Shown here: piece by piece, positions 19,344 through 28,459 of the stretch
How the letters are laid out: every line of letters starts with the position of its first letter
Numbering within the stretch: position 1 is the stretch's first letter
Assembly (NCBI GenBank): GCA_903907985.1
Contig: CAIVQG010000022.1
Span: forward strand, 1,538 to 65,537
Reading direction: 5' to 3'
DNA: 64,000 nt
Origin: an uncultured delta proteobacterium
Lineage (GTDB): Bacteria > Desulfobacterota > Syntrophia > Syntrophales > Smithellaceae
Notes under the pieces: generated by a model
Database searches by the model: none
What the model was told of the DNA's origin: nothing
Seen by the model: only the letters and a program-made list of their open reading frames with translations
Position numbers and translations under genes: made by a program

Positions 19344-21037
19344 ACAGACCGCCAACGGAGCAAAAAGCCACTGCACGACTCAAAATCCGCACGAAGTTTC
19401 TTCTTGTTTTCCTCGGCATTTCCGTGATTCCACTAATGCTATTCGGATATATTGCCTTCCGGGACATTCGGGAAGTGAGCCGTTATGTCCTAAAGAGCAG
19501 TGATTCCATTGAGGTAAGCGCTTCAAGCGACAGCGCTTTGGCACTGGAAGCCTTAGGCGCGGAAATCTTGCGGCAGAAGGCGGTCGACGTAGCTTTGCAA
19601 TGCCGGATCTTCATCGACGCCCATCCAGGCATGTCAACTAAAGACCTTCAAAAAAGCAGAGAATTTCAAAAAATCGCCGTGCAACCCGTCGGTGAAACAG
19701 GATATACTATCGTCTACGAGAAGAAGACGGGTATCATGAGGTTCCACATCAATCCCGCCCTGATCGATTTCAACATGCGTAACTGGAAGGATAAACTGCC
19801 CGATTTCTGGGCCCTCTTTGAACGATCACTCGACGGTACGCCTGGAGGCGGTTATTACGACTGGCAGGACAGCGACAAAAAAATACGTAAGAAGTTTATG
19901 TATATCGCTTCCGTTGAAGGAACAAATTTCATGGTTTCGGCCACTACTTACATTGATGAGTTCTCTCGGCCGGCTAAGGCCATCCGCAAACAGATCGCGG
20001 AATCCACACGAAACATCAATGAACAGATCCAAGAGGGTATCAGCGGTATCCGCATTACCTTTCTGATGATCCTTCTGATTATGACGATGACTGTTGCGGT
20101 AATCTCCTTGAATCTTGCCCGCATGATCACCAAACCGATCATTGCTCTGAGTAGAGGTGTCAGAGCCTTGGGAAGAGGTGATATGGAGTATCGTGTGGAA
20201 GTGAAAACGGGAGATGAATTGGAATCCCTTGCCAAATCATTTAACCGTATGACCACGGACCTGAAGATTCATATGGAAGAACTTCAATGTACAACGGCCG
20301 AAAAAGAGGGACTGTTAAAAGAGTTGGAAATCGCCCGTGGCATCCAGCAGCGTCTACTTCCAAAAGTTGCCCCGGCCATGAAGGATATAGAGATTGCCGC
20401 AAACAACATACCGGCGCGGGAAGTTGGGGGAGATTTTTATGATTTCGTTCCGGTGACGGAAGACACTTGGGGGCTGGTCATCGCTGATGTGTCCGGTAAA
20501 GGCATGCCTGCCGCCATGTTAATGGGCCTGTCCAGGACCATCGTCAGAGCCAGCGCCACGGGAAATCCCGACGTTGCCAATGTCATCAAACAGGCCAATG
20601 AATTGATCTGCCGTGATTCCACCTCCGGTATGTTTGTGACCCTCTTTTACGGTGTTATGAATGCACACGAGAAACGGTTCCGTTATGTCAATGCCGGCCA
20701 TAACCATCCCCTATGGTATCGGAAAGGGACAGACGAAATCATTCCCCTGTGCTCGAAAGGGATAGCTCTCGGAGTCATGCGGCCGATCGACCTTAAAGAA
20801 GAGGAAATCACTTTATCCAGCGGGGATGTTCTGGTGCTTTATACGGATGGCATCACGGAGGCGGTCAATGAAAACATGATCCCCTTCGGCAAGGAAAGGC
20901 TTATTGATTTGATTCGCAATATTCACACAATGCCGGCCAAGGAGATCATCAACGCGATTCAGCGTGAGGTTTCCGAGTTTGCCGGCCATCAACCCCAGTT
21001 CGATGACATCACGCTCATGGTCGTGAAAGTTGCCTGA
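19322..21037 (+). CDS. membrane sensor PP2C phosphatase (periplasmic sensor - HAMP - SpoIIE/RsbU-like)
   Basis: Two TM segments flank a ~210-aa extracytoplasmic region. HAMP region PIIALSRGVRALGRGDMEYRVEV..LAKSFNRMT. PP2C motifs GGDFYDF, VIADVSGKG, VNAGHNHP and LYTDGITEA. GGAGG RBS. Overlaps the upstream gene by 22 nt. Confidence 0.85.
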   Translation: MANIESINRPPTEQKATARLKIRTKFLLVFLGISVIPLMLFGYIAFRDIREVSRYVLKSSDSIEVSASSDSALALEALGAEILRQKAVDVALQCRIFIDAHPGMSTKDLQKSREFQKIAVQPVGETGYTIVYEKKTGIMRFHINPALIDFNMRNWKDKLPDFWALFERSLDGTPGGGYYDWQDSDKKIRKKFMYIASVEGTNFMVSATTYIDEFSRPAKAIRKQIAESTRNINEQIQEGISGIRITFLMILLIMTMTVAVISLNLARMITKPIIALSRGVRALGRGDMEYRVEVKTGDELESLAKSFNRMTTDLKIHMEELQCTTAEKEGLLKELEIARGIQQRLLPKVAPAMKDIEIAANNIPAREVGGDFYDFVPVTEDTWGLVIADVSGKGMPAAMLMGLSRTIVRASATGNPDVANVIKQANELICRDSTSGMFVTLFYGVMNAHEKRFRYVNAGHNHPLWYRKGTDEIIPLCSKGIALGVMRPIDLKEEEITLSSGDVLVLYTDGITEAVNENMIPFGKERLIDLIRNIHTMPAKEIINAIQREVSEFAGHQPQFDDITLMVVKVA

Positions 21038-21159
21038 TGTTTCTCAAATGGTAATTTAATTGATCTTCTTCATTGAACAGCAGATCACTGATGAGTTCAT
21101 AAGGTTCTTTCCTCATTTCCATGGCCGCAGTCTTTGCATCCCCGATCAGGTCGAAGACT

Positions 21160-22200
21160 CAAGGGGTCAAATCTCTTCTTGATTCATCTCATGGATTGGT
21201 TTATTGAAGTCACATGGCAAGACCTTTACGAATCCAATATCCCGATGCCTGGTATCATGTCATGAACCGGGGTCGAAGCAAGGCGCAGATATTTTCTTCG
21301 CGGGAAGATTACTCTGCGTTTATTGAACTGCTGAAAGACGCATCTTCTTTGTGGAAGGTTCAGTTTGCTGCCTACTGCCTGATGTCAAATCATTATCATC
21401 TGCTTGTTCAAACACCGGAGGCCAATCTATCCCGCTGCATGCGTCATATCAACGGGCTTTACACACAATATTTCAACAGAACAAATAAAAGCGACGGACA
21501 GTTATTTCGAGGGCGCTTTAAGACCATTGTCATTGATGGTGGCAGTTACTTGCTGGAACTGATGCGATATATCCACCGCAATCCTCTACATGCCGGACCG
21601 GTAAATCGACTTGAAGATTATTCATGGAGTTCACACAAAGCATATATTGCCAAAGGGAACGAAGGCAACTGGTTGCAGAAAGATTTTGTTTTGGCCATGC
21701 TGGAAGATAATAAAAGCAAAAGACGGCAGGCCTATATTGATTTTATGAAACAAGAAGAACCGGAAACGCTAAGAGCCTTATATGAAAAAAAGAAGTTGCC
21801 ATTGTTGTTGGGCGCAAATGATTTCATAGATGACATAAAGCAGAAGTATTTTGATAAGACGATCATAAAAGAAATCCCGCAAGTCAAGGAACTATTCCTG
21901 GATAAATCCCGGATAGAAAAGGCCGTATGCCGCTTTTATCAGATTGAAGTTGATGATCTGTTAAAATCACGGTGTGGCAACTATAACGAGGCCCGCAACG
22001 TGGCAATATGTCTCCTGCGGAAACATACTGGAGCATCTTTACAGAATATTAGTTCCAACTTCGAGATGAACAGTTACAGCAGTGTTGGCATTGTTATTAT
22101 GCGAATCAAACAGGCGATAGCCCGGGACAAAAAGCCACAACAAAGGATAACAGCAGTCGAGAGAGTGCTAACATGAGTCAAGAAGAGACTCGACCCCTTG
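21160..22200 (+). mobile_element. RAYT/IS200-like unit: HUH transposase gene flanked by ~30-bp REP-like inverted repeats
   Basis: 21160-21189 CAAGGGGTCAAATCTCTTCTTGATTCATCT versus the reverse complement of 22171-22200, CAAGGGGTCGAGTCTCTTCTTGACTCATGT. The 26-nt core matches at 23 positions; the flanking 4 nt are weaker. The right repeat contains the tnp stop codon. Confidence 0.5.
21214..22176 (+). CDS. Y1 HUH transposase (REP-associated tyrosine transposase-like) with C-terminal DnaA-domain-IV-like HTH
   Basis: YHVMNRG, HUH motif SNHYHLLV and Tyr motif YIHRNP. C-terminus NEARNVAICLLRKHTGASLQNISSNF..SSVG resembles the DnaA C-terminal HTH. Confidence 0.8.
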   Translation: MARPLRIQYPDAWYHVMNRGRSKAQIFSSREDYSAFIELLKDASSLWKVQFAAYCLMSNHYHLLVQTPEANLSRCMRHINGLYTQYFNRTNKSDGQLFRGRFKTIVIDGGSYLLELMRYIHRNPLHAGPVNRLEDYSWSSHKAYIAKGNEGNWLQKDFVLAMLEDNKSKRRQAYIDFMKQEEPETLRALYEKKKLPLLLGANDFIDDIKQKYFDKTIIKEIPQVKELFLDKSRIEKAVCRFYQIEVDDLLKSRCGNYNEARNVAICLLRKHTGASLQNISSNFEMNSYSSVGIVIMRIKQAIARDKKPQQRITAVERVLT

Positions 22201-22277
22201 TTTTGCTTGAGTGAGATGTTTTTTAACTTATTACGAGTTTGTCAATATTGACTTTGTCCCCGAATCACGGAGGGTGC

Positions 22278-23354
22278 ATGGCAAGAGAAGATGATGGATT
22301 GCCGTTTTTACTGCGTTATGAAAATGTAGCCCGTTACGAGGAAGGTGACGTATTGATCTTGGACCGGCAAAAGTATCCTGCCCGGGAAGAGTTTGTCCGC
22401 TGCACCGATTATCGGCAGGTCACCAAAGCAATCGCCGACATGGTGACTCAGAGCGGCGGCCCCTGGCTCGCGGCTGCCTTGGGAATGGTTAGTGCAGTCA
22501 GGAGTGTACATCATCTCCCTGTCGAGCAGGCGAAGGAAGAATTGCAGCGTGCTGCTGCCATTCTGAGCAGTGCCCGTCCCACAACGGCTGCAGGAATGAA
22601 GTCTCATATTGAGCGCATACTGAAAACGGCACAAAACGCCCTTGATCGGGGAGAGGATGCCGAGGCGGTAACCCTTGCTTACGTCCGGCAGAATCTTGAA
22701 AAGCGCTATCGGCAATCCCGGAGGATGGCTGCATATGCCGTCGATCTCCTCCCGGAAGAAGTCTCGGTCCTGACCCAGTGTTATGCAGAAACGCTTATCG
22801 GTTTCATCCTCCTTGTCGCTCAGGAGAAAGGCAAGAAGATATCCCTGATCTGTCCGGAGACACGACCATACCTGCAGGGAGCAAGGCTCACCGCCAGTGT
22901 GGCCCATGATATGGGGATCCCGGTTACAGTCATTACGGACAACATGCCCGCCTATATTCTGTCAAAAGGGATGGCCCACGTATTCATTTCCGCCGCAGAC
23001 GTAATCACCCTTGATGGATATGTGTTCAACAAGATTGGCACGTTTCAGATTGCCTTGGCGGCCCATTACCATGGCGTACCGTATTATGCATTGGGCACGC
23101 CGTCACTGGATATCCCCGATATTTCCGCTGTCGCAATAGAAGAACGGGACCCTGAAGAAACCGTCCACGTTATGGGAATTCGGACAGCAAAAGAGGGGGT
23201 GCCCGGTTTTTATCCTGCATTTGATATCACGCCTCCCAATTTAGTTAGCGCTATAATAACACCGAAAGGGGTCTTTTCTCCCAGGGAACTGAAAAACCAT
23301 TTCGGGGACGCAAATACATCGGAATCATCAGTCATCACGCCGGGAAAGGAATAG
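22278..23354 (+). CDS. eIF-2B-like sugar-phosphate isomerase (MtnA / 5-(methylthio or deoxy)ribose-1-phosphate isomerase family, divergent)
   Basis: ETRPYLQGARLTA, SAADVITLDGYVFNKIGT, VPYYALG, IEERDPEE and PAFDITPPNLVSAIITPKGV. N-terminal TQSGGPW replaces the canonical VRGAPAI. GGAGGG RBS before ATG 22278. Confidence 0.7.
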   Translation: MAREDDGLPFLLRYENVARYEEGDVLILDRQKYPAREEFVRCTDYRQVTKAIADMVTQSGGPWLAAALGMVSAVRSVHHLPVEQAKEELQRAAAILSSARPTTAAGMKSHIERILKTAQNALDRGEDAEAVTLAYVRQNLEKRYRQSRRMAAYAVDLLPEEVSVLTQCYAETLIGFILLVAQEKGKKISLICPETRPYLQGARLTASVAHDMGIPVTVITDNMPAYILSKGMAHVFISAADVITLDGYVFNKIGTFQIALAAHYHGVPYYALGTPSLDIPDISAVAIEERDPEETVHVMGIRTAKEGVPGFYPAFDITPPNLVSAIITPKGVFSPRELKNHFGDANTSESSVITPGKE

Positions 23355-23357
23355 CCG

Positions 23358-24008
23358 ATGCTATACGAGGAACTTCGAAAATCACTGCATAAAACGGTTA
23401 TTGATCTTTATCAGAAAGATTTAATCCAGTTGAATTCGGGTAATGTAAGCGCCCGCGCTTCCGCAGAACACCTGGCGATAACACCGACAGGCATACCGTA
23501 TGACCGTATGACTCCGGAGGACATAGTCATTATCGACTTCGGCGGAGCTTTTGTGGAGGGCCTTTACGCGCCCTCCTCCGAAACGCCCATGCACATCGCC
23601 GTGTATAAGAACATGCCGAAAACGGCAGCAGTGGTGCACAGTCATTCCCCCTATGCCCTCGCCTTTGCAACAGTGGGAAAAAGCATTCCCATAATCTGTA
23701 CGGAAGGTCTGGCTGTGCGTGGCCCTGTGCCCGTCGCCGAATACGCCTGCCCCGGCACGGAAGCCCAGGGCCGGGTTGCCGTTCAGGCAATGAAAGGACC
23801 TCCATCTGTGACTGCAACCCTTTTGAAAAACCATGGAGTACTCTCCGCAGGGAGCAGCCTGGCACAGGCATACTCAACGGCCTGCCGGATTGAAATGGCC
23901 GCGAAGGTTTACTTTCTGGCCCTTCAGATCGGTACCCCCGACATTTTAACGGAAAAGCAGATCAATGAAATCCGAAACGTGTATTCTTCAAAAAAACCAT
24001 CCCCGTAA
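23358..24008 (+). CDS. class II aldolase/adducin-family protein (FucA/MtnB/Ald2-like)
   Basis: SGNVSAR, PSSETPMHIAVY, VVHSHSPYA and LLKNHGVLS. Confidence 0.8.
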   Translation: MLYEELRKSLHKTVIDLYQKDLIQLNSGNVSARASAEHLAITPTGIPYDRMTPEDIVIIDFGGAFVEGLYAPSSETPMHIAVYKNMPKTAAVVHSHSPYALAFATVGKSIPIICTEGLAVRGPVPVAEYACPGTEAQGRVAVQAMKGPPSVTATLLKNHGVLSAGSSLAQAYSTACRIEMAAKVYFLALQIGTPDILTEKQINEIRNVYSSKKPSP

Positions 24009-24059
24009 TTTTTTTGATAAGAACTTGCTTTCATGGGAAGAAGAAACTAAAGGGGTCAA

Positions 24060-24159
24060 GTCTCTTCTTGGCTCATCTTTAGGGTTGTTATAGAATAATT
24101 TGCATAGATGAAACAAGGTCAGGCATCTGAACAACATGGCAAGACCTTTCGAGTTGTAG
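24060..24159 (+). repeat. third REP-like copy plus 7-codon stump of a second RAYT gene
   Basis: 24060-24088 AAGGGGTCAAGTCTCTTCTTGGCTCATCT matches the left repeat at 21161. 24136-24159 ATGGCAAGACCTTTCGAGTTGTAG matches the first 14 nt of the tnp gene (ATGGCAAGACCTTT) and then stops. Confidence 0.55.
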
Positions 24160-24320
24160 CCCTCTAAATTCATCGACCCTGACAATTTGGAAAGGGAGGT
24201 ATCAAACGGATGAATCTTTACATGATCTAGTAATACAAAAGTTCTGCGTTGACAATAGAACGATGAAAACGTCGCCGTATTTTTTTGACTATTTGATACC
24301 GGTGGTATATAATCGCTATT

Positions 24321-25442
24321 ATGAATATAAAGCGCCATGTTTATAGCCAGTTAGTCGATGACCTCCGACGGCCTGAAGTATCCATAATTCTTGGGTCCAG
24401 GCAAGTAGGCAAAACATTTCTGTTTAAAGAACTGGAAAGTGATGCCCGGGCCAGAGGATTGCGCACCCGTTATTATAATCTTGAACTACCCTACGATCTT
24501 CTGGCGTTTAATAAAGACGACAACGAACTGTTGCGCATGTTGACCACTGATTTGGATATAGTGTTTATTGATGAATTTCATTATTTGCCGAACGCATCCA
24601 AACTATTCAAGTCCATCTTTGATGCCGGTTCAAAAACAAAGATTGTTGCCACAGGGTCGTCAGCGATTGAGATGCACAAGCACCTGAAAGAAAGCCTTGC
24701 CGGCAGGCGTCTTGCTGTCCGGTTGATGCCGCTTTCCTTTGCCGAATATGCGCAACAGGGAAAAGATTGCCGGGGTTGATAAATAATGACGCGCCGGAGG
24801 AAAAAATCAGGCTTTTAAACGAAATCCTGGAAACATACATTCAAAAAGACATTAAATCATTAATCAGAGAAGAGAATATCAGGGCGTTTAACAGCTTGCT
24901 CTATTTACTGGCACAGCGTCAGGGTTCCTTGATTTCTCTGGGGGGGGGATTGCCAATGATATCGGGCTGACCGCGCGTACGCTGGAGCGGCACATTTCTA
25001 TTATGGAACAAACGTATATCTTGTATTCCGTTTTTCCTACGCAAGAAATATCGGCAATGAACTTAAAAAATCAAGAAAATTATATTTCTATGATCTGGGA
25101 ATAAGAAATGCTTTTTTACGTGATTTTAGCATGCCGGCGGAAAGAAGCGATATCGGTGTAATCCATGAATCTTTCGCGGCGCTTCAGCTTATCTCGCGCA
25201 TAAAACCTAATATGGAATTGAAATTCTGGCGTAACAAGGCCGGGCAGAAAATAGATTTTGTCCTGCTGAAAAACAGACAGCCGTTGCTGATTGAAATCAA
25301 AACGACAATTCATGAACCGAAGGTGCCGCAGGCAATTAAAATATTTATCAAAAATTATCCCGAGACGGCAGGGACGATTATTTATTCAACAGAACTTAAC
25401 GCGGATGTCGAATATTTATGTAAACAGGTAGCTTTCAGATAG
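24321..25442 (+). pseudogene. AAA ATPase (AAA_14 + DUF4143 type), multiply frameshifted
   Basis: P-loop GSRQVGKT and Walker B VFIDEF. The protein continues across at least three frame changes: near 24770, in the G9 tract 24940-24948, and near the T5 run at about 25035. Manual reading gives ..LANDIGLTARTLERHISIMEQTYILYSV|SYARNIGNELKKSRKLYFYDLGIRNAFL... Confidence 0.75.
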
Positions 25443-25516
25443 CTGGAATCATTATGTGAAGGCGAACTAATTGCAAATTGGTGAGCCGTATTTTAATATT
25501 TAATAAGGATGTTTTT

Positions 25517-26170
25517 ATGACAGAAGCAACAAAGCTCGCTTTATGTGGTTTGCGTGATCTTTCCCTGATCAAATGGTATATTATCCCTCTTTTGTCCTTA
25601 GTTTTTTATGTTTACACCAGGGAAATCAAAGAAGCGCGACGGAGTGGAGACTGGAACGCGGTACTGGCCGGTATGACGATTTTCGGCGTTGATTTTTTTA
25701 ACGAGACCTGGAACGGCTGGATTCTGCATTTTACCGGGCGCTCCGCTTTCTGGACAACTCCCGGTGATACCGCCTTGCGGACAATGGTTGGCTGGAATAT
25801 CGAGATCATGTTCATGTTTCTGCTGCTGGGCATTATCTACTATCACACTCTCTCGGATAGCAAGAAAGAGAAAATATTAGGCGTTCCCGAAAAATGGTTC
25901 TGGGCTATTGGCTACACTATCTTTTGCGTTTTTGTTGAATGTCTTTTAAACATCGGCGGACATCTGGTCTGGGAATATCCCATCTGGTATTTGTCCTTTA
26001 AAGGCATTTGGCTGATATTCCTGATCGGTTACTTCCACTTTTTCTGTTTTGCCATTTTAGTCATCAGCCTGAAAACAATGAAAGCTAAACTGGCGACCGT
26101 GAGTATTATTTATGCCGTGCCGTTGATAATGAACATCCTTGCCTTCGGTTTCTGGGGCTGGAGATATTAA
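25517..26170 (+). CDS. polytopic membrane protein, unknown function
   Basis: About 6 hydrophobic helices. ATG 25517 corresponds to the start of the duplicated fragment at 14758. Confidence 0.6.
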   Translation: MTEATKLALCGLRDLSLIKWYIIPLLSLVFYVYTREIKEARRSGDWNAVLAGMTIFGVDFFNETWNGWILHFTGRSAFWTTPGDTALRTMVGWNIEIMFMFLLLGIIYYHTLSDSKKEKILGVPEKWFWAIGYTIFCVFVECLLNIGGHLVWEYPIWYLSFKGIWLIFLIGYFHFFCFAILVISLKTMKAKLATVSIIYAVPLIMNILAFGFWGWRY

Positions 26171-26188
26171 TTTCATTTCGGAAGAAAA

Positions 26189-26243
26189 CACTATCTTTGT
26201 TGGTGGAGCCGGCAAAGATAGTGGGCAATGCCGGCTTTCTTTG
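26189..26243. terminator. bidirectional terminator region between convergent genes
   Basis: An 11-bp stem CACTATCTTTG/CAAAGATAGTG (26189-26223) overlaps stem AGCCGGC/GCCGGCT (26207-26236). T-rich tracts follow on both strands. Confidence 0.5.
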
Positions 26244-26247
26244 CGAG

Positions 26248-28242
26248 CTATTTTCTTAAAATAAATCTGCCCGCAAGCTTATCTTGTGGTGGATGCAAGT
26301 TAGGGCTCTGCTCAACGTTTAATGTTCTTGCCTCATCTTCAACTAAAGGCTTTATATACTCATAAATCTCCGCTATTGTTCTTTTCTCGTCTTGTAATGC
26401 CTTTAGAAAATAATAGGTAAATATACCATGCCTTTTTTCAGGAGATGAAGTGCTGATCTGACCTCCTTGCGTTGCGGTAAGCACTGCCATATTGCGTGAG
26501 ACGAAGGACGCATCTTTCACCATTACCAGAGGCCGTGCTCCTTTTGCTAAAACGCTCCTGCCGCCAGTGCCGGAAAAACAAGAATCAAGAAGAATGATGG
26601 TCTCATGTGTCTTCAAAACACCGAGTTTTTCGTAGAGCCTTTTCAAAGAATAGCCGGACGTGGCAAGATAATTGGGATCTCCGTCAAAAGGAACAATATA
26701 TGCTTCACCGGTTTTGGGTTCTGGTGCTCCATGTCCTGAATAATAAAAGATGATTCTACTATCACTCTTTACGTGGTTGGGGAGCCATCCCTCTATTGCT
26801 GTCTCGATTCTTGACTTTGTTGCTCGTTCATTGAGAATAAGAGCAATATTCCGTTCCGCAAAACCGAGCGCCTTTAGATATTCTTTCACAAGTTCTGCAT
26901 CGCTTACGGAATGATCCGATTTTGGTATTCCCTGATAATTTTCTATTCCGATGACGATGGCGATGTCGTTTGCCCGCGGTGCCATTTTAAAATCGGGAAT
27001 CCTGTTAATGTTTCCAATATCTACTTTCGTGGTAACAGGTACTGGTGCGGAACTTCGAGCAACTGACGCAGCAGCCCCGATACTGCGAAGGGCGAAACGT
27101 TCATTCGTGACATCATCGACGAGGACTGTATCCGTCAGGCGGATATTTTCGGCATCATGGTATTTTAATTTCCCTTCCACATGTATTTGATTTTTATGGC
27201 CCTGCATTGCCATCGCTTTTTCCCGCGGAACACTTATAAATACACTCTTTCCGATAAGAATTGCCGTAAAGCCTCTCTTGTCCGCATCGTAAGCGCCCAG
27301 CACAATCGGAGTTGTATAATCCTGCTGCCATTTGCTCATACGCTCTTCATATTCTCCAGTCGCTTCGAATTCCCCTTTCGTGAACGTATTTTTAACGGAC
27401 AACATGCGGGCATCATAGATAGTAATGATATTATTTTTTTTATCAATATTCAGCTCCCAGCCTTTACTGCTAAGATGTGTGGAACTCTTTTCATGTTTGG
27501 TCCGATCAGCGGCTGCGGAAGGACGGCTTTCTTCCCATGCTGAAATATCATGAAAAAACCTGTTTTGCATCCATGAGATGACCAGCGATTTCCCGTAGAA
27601 ATTTTCAATAAATCCATCGAACGAATCAAGCAGTTGCCAGGATGAAGTATCATAAAGAAGTACTTTATTTGCAGCACTGAACATAGATGGGTGATAGCGA
27701 TTCACCGCCATTAACTTTCCGTTGGGACTAAATTTCCCCAGCCATCCATGGAATTGCCGGATTGTTTCCCCGGAAGACGTATTTAAAATTGTAACCGTGG
27801 CGTCATTATTGGTTACTTCCGTGTAATTGGATATGCTGACCATTTTGCAACCGGTATCAAAGGAGATCTGTCCACCCCCGTAACTTTTAATGACTTGCTT
27901 TGTTTTCAAGTTGAAAAAGGTTAATAAACTATTGCCGTCAACAACCATAATGTCTTGATTTGGGCTGAAACAATAAGACGAGCCGCTTATTTTCTTTACT
28001 TCCTGCCATGTTACCGGTTCATAGACAATGGTGTTCCCCTTTTCATTTAGCACCAGCACCTCCCCTTGCGGGCTGAACGATGCAGAGAAACCATTCATAG
28101 TTTTAACTACACTGGCGTTTGAAATGGCTAAGATCACATCTTGGGCTTTCTGATCCTGGCCATTCTGAATTGCCCAGGCAGACGATGCGGCAAAAGTCAT
28201 CATGGCTATTAGAAATACACAAATTCTGTTCATGACTTTCAT
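26248..28242 (-). CDS. exported caspase-like (peptidase C14) protein with N-terminal beta-propeller-like repeats
   Basis: Signal peptide ..VFLIAMMTFAASSAWA. Repeated FSPxG/FSPNG strands. C-terminal caspase fold IAIVIGIENY..IIFYYSGHG (His)..IILLDSCFSG (Cys). Start ambiguous (28275, 28242 or 28233). Confidence 0.85.
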   Translation of the reverse strand: MKVMNRICVFLIAMMTFAASSAWAIQNGQDQKAQDVILAISNASVVKTMNGFSASFSPQGEVLVLNEKGNTIVYEPVTWQEVKKISGSSYCFSPNQDIMVVDGNSLLTFFNLKTKQVIKSYGGGQISFDTGCKMVSISNYTEVTNNDATVTILNTSSGETIRQFHGWLGKFSPNGKLMAVNRYHPSMFSAANKVLLYDTSSWQLLDSFDGFIENFYGKSLVISWMQNRFFHDISAWEESRPSAAADRTKHEKSSTHLSSKGWELNIDKKNNIITIYDARMLSVKNTFTKGEFEATGEYEERMSKWQQDYTTPIVLGAYDADKRGFTAILIGKSVFISVPREKAMAMQGHKNQIHVEGKLKYHDAENIRLTDTVLVDDVTNERFALRSIGAAASVARSSAPVPVTTKVDIGNINRIPDFKMAPRANDIAIVIGIENYQGIPKSDHSVSDAELVKEYLKALGFAERNIALILNERATKSRIETAIEGWLPNHVKSDSRIIFYYSGHGAPEPKTGEAYIVPFDGDPNYLATSGYSLKRLYEKLGVLKTHETIILLDSCFSGTGGRSVLAKGARPLVMVKDASFVSRNMAVLTATQGGQISTSSPEKRHGIFTYYFLKALQDEKRTIAEIYEYIKPLVEDEARTLNVEQSPNLHPPQDKLAGRFILRK

Positions 28243-28459
28243 CCTAAGAAATACAATGATCCTCAGTAACTCCATTTTGGAGATGGAATTATAATAAAGA
28301 AGGCCTTGTGCGTCAATTCAAAATGCAACCGACTAATGTATTTCTGAGAAGATGCCAAAGGGCAGGGGGAGCAATCGGCCAGAGACAATTTATTGCGCTT
28401 TGTTAACAGTTATTGTATGAAGTTATACCAATCTGATAGTCAAGGAGGGTTGTATATAG

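Noticed and set aside
24940-24948. G9 homopolymer as a phase-variation switch for the AAA ATPase gene
   Set aside because: The gene has at least two further frame breaks outside the tract, so restoring the tract length would not restore the protein. Scored as a pseudogene instead.
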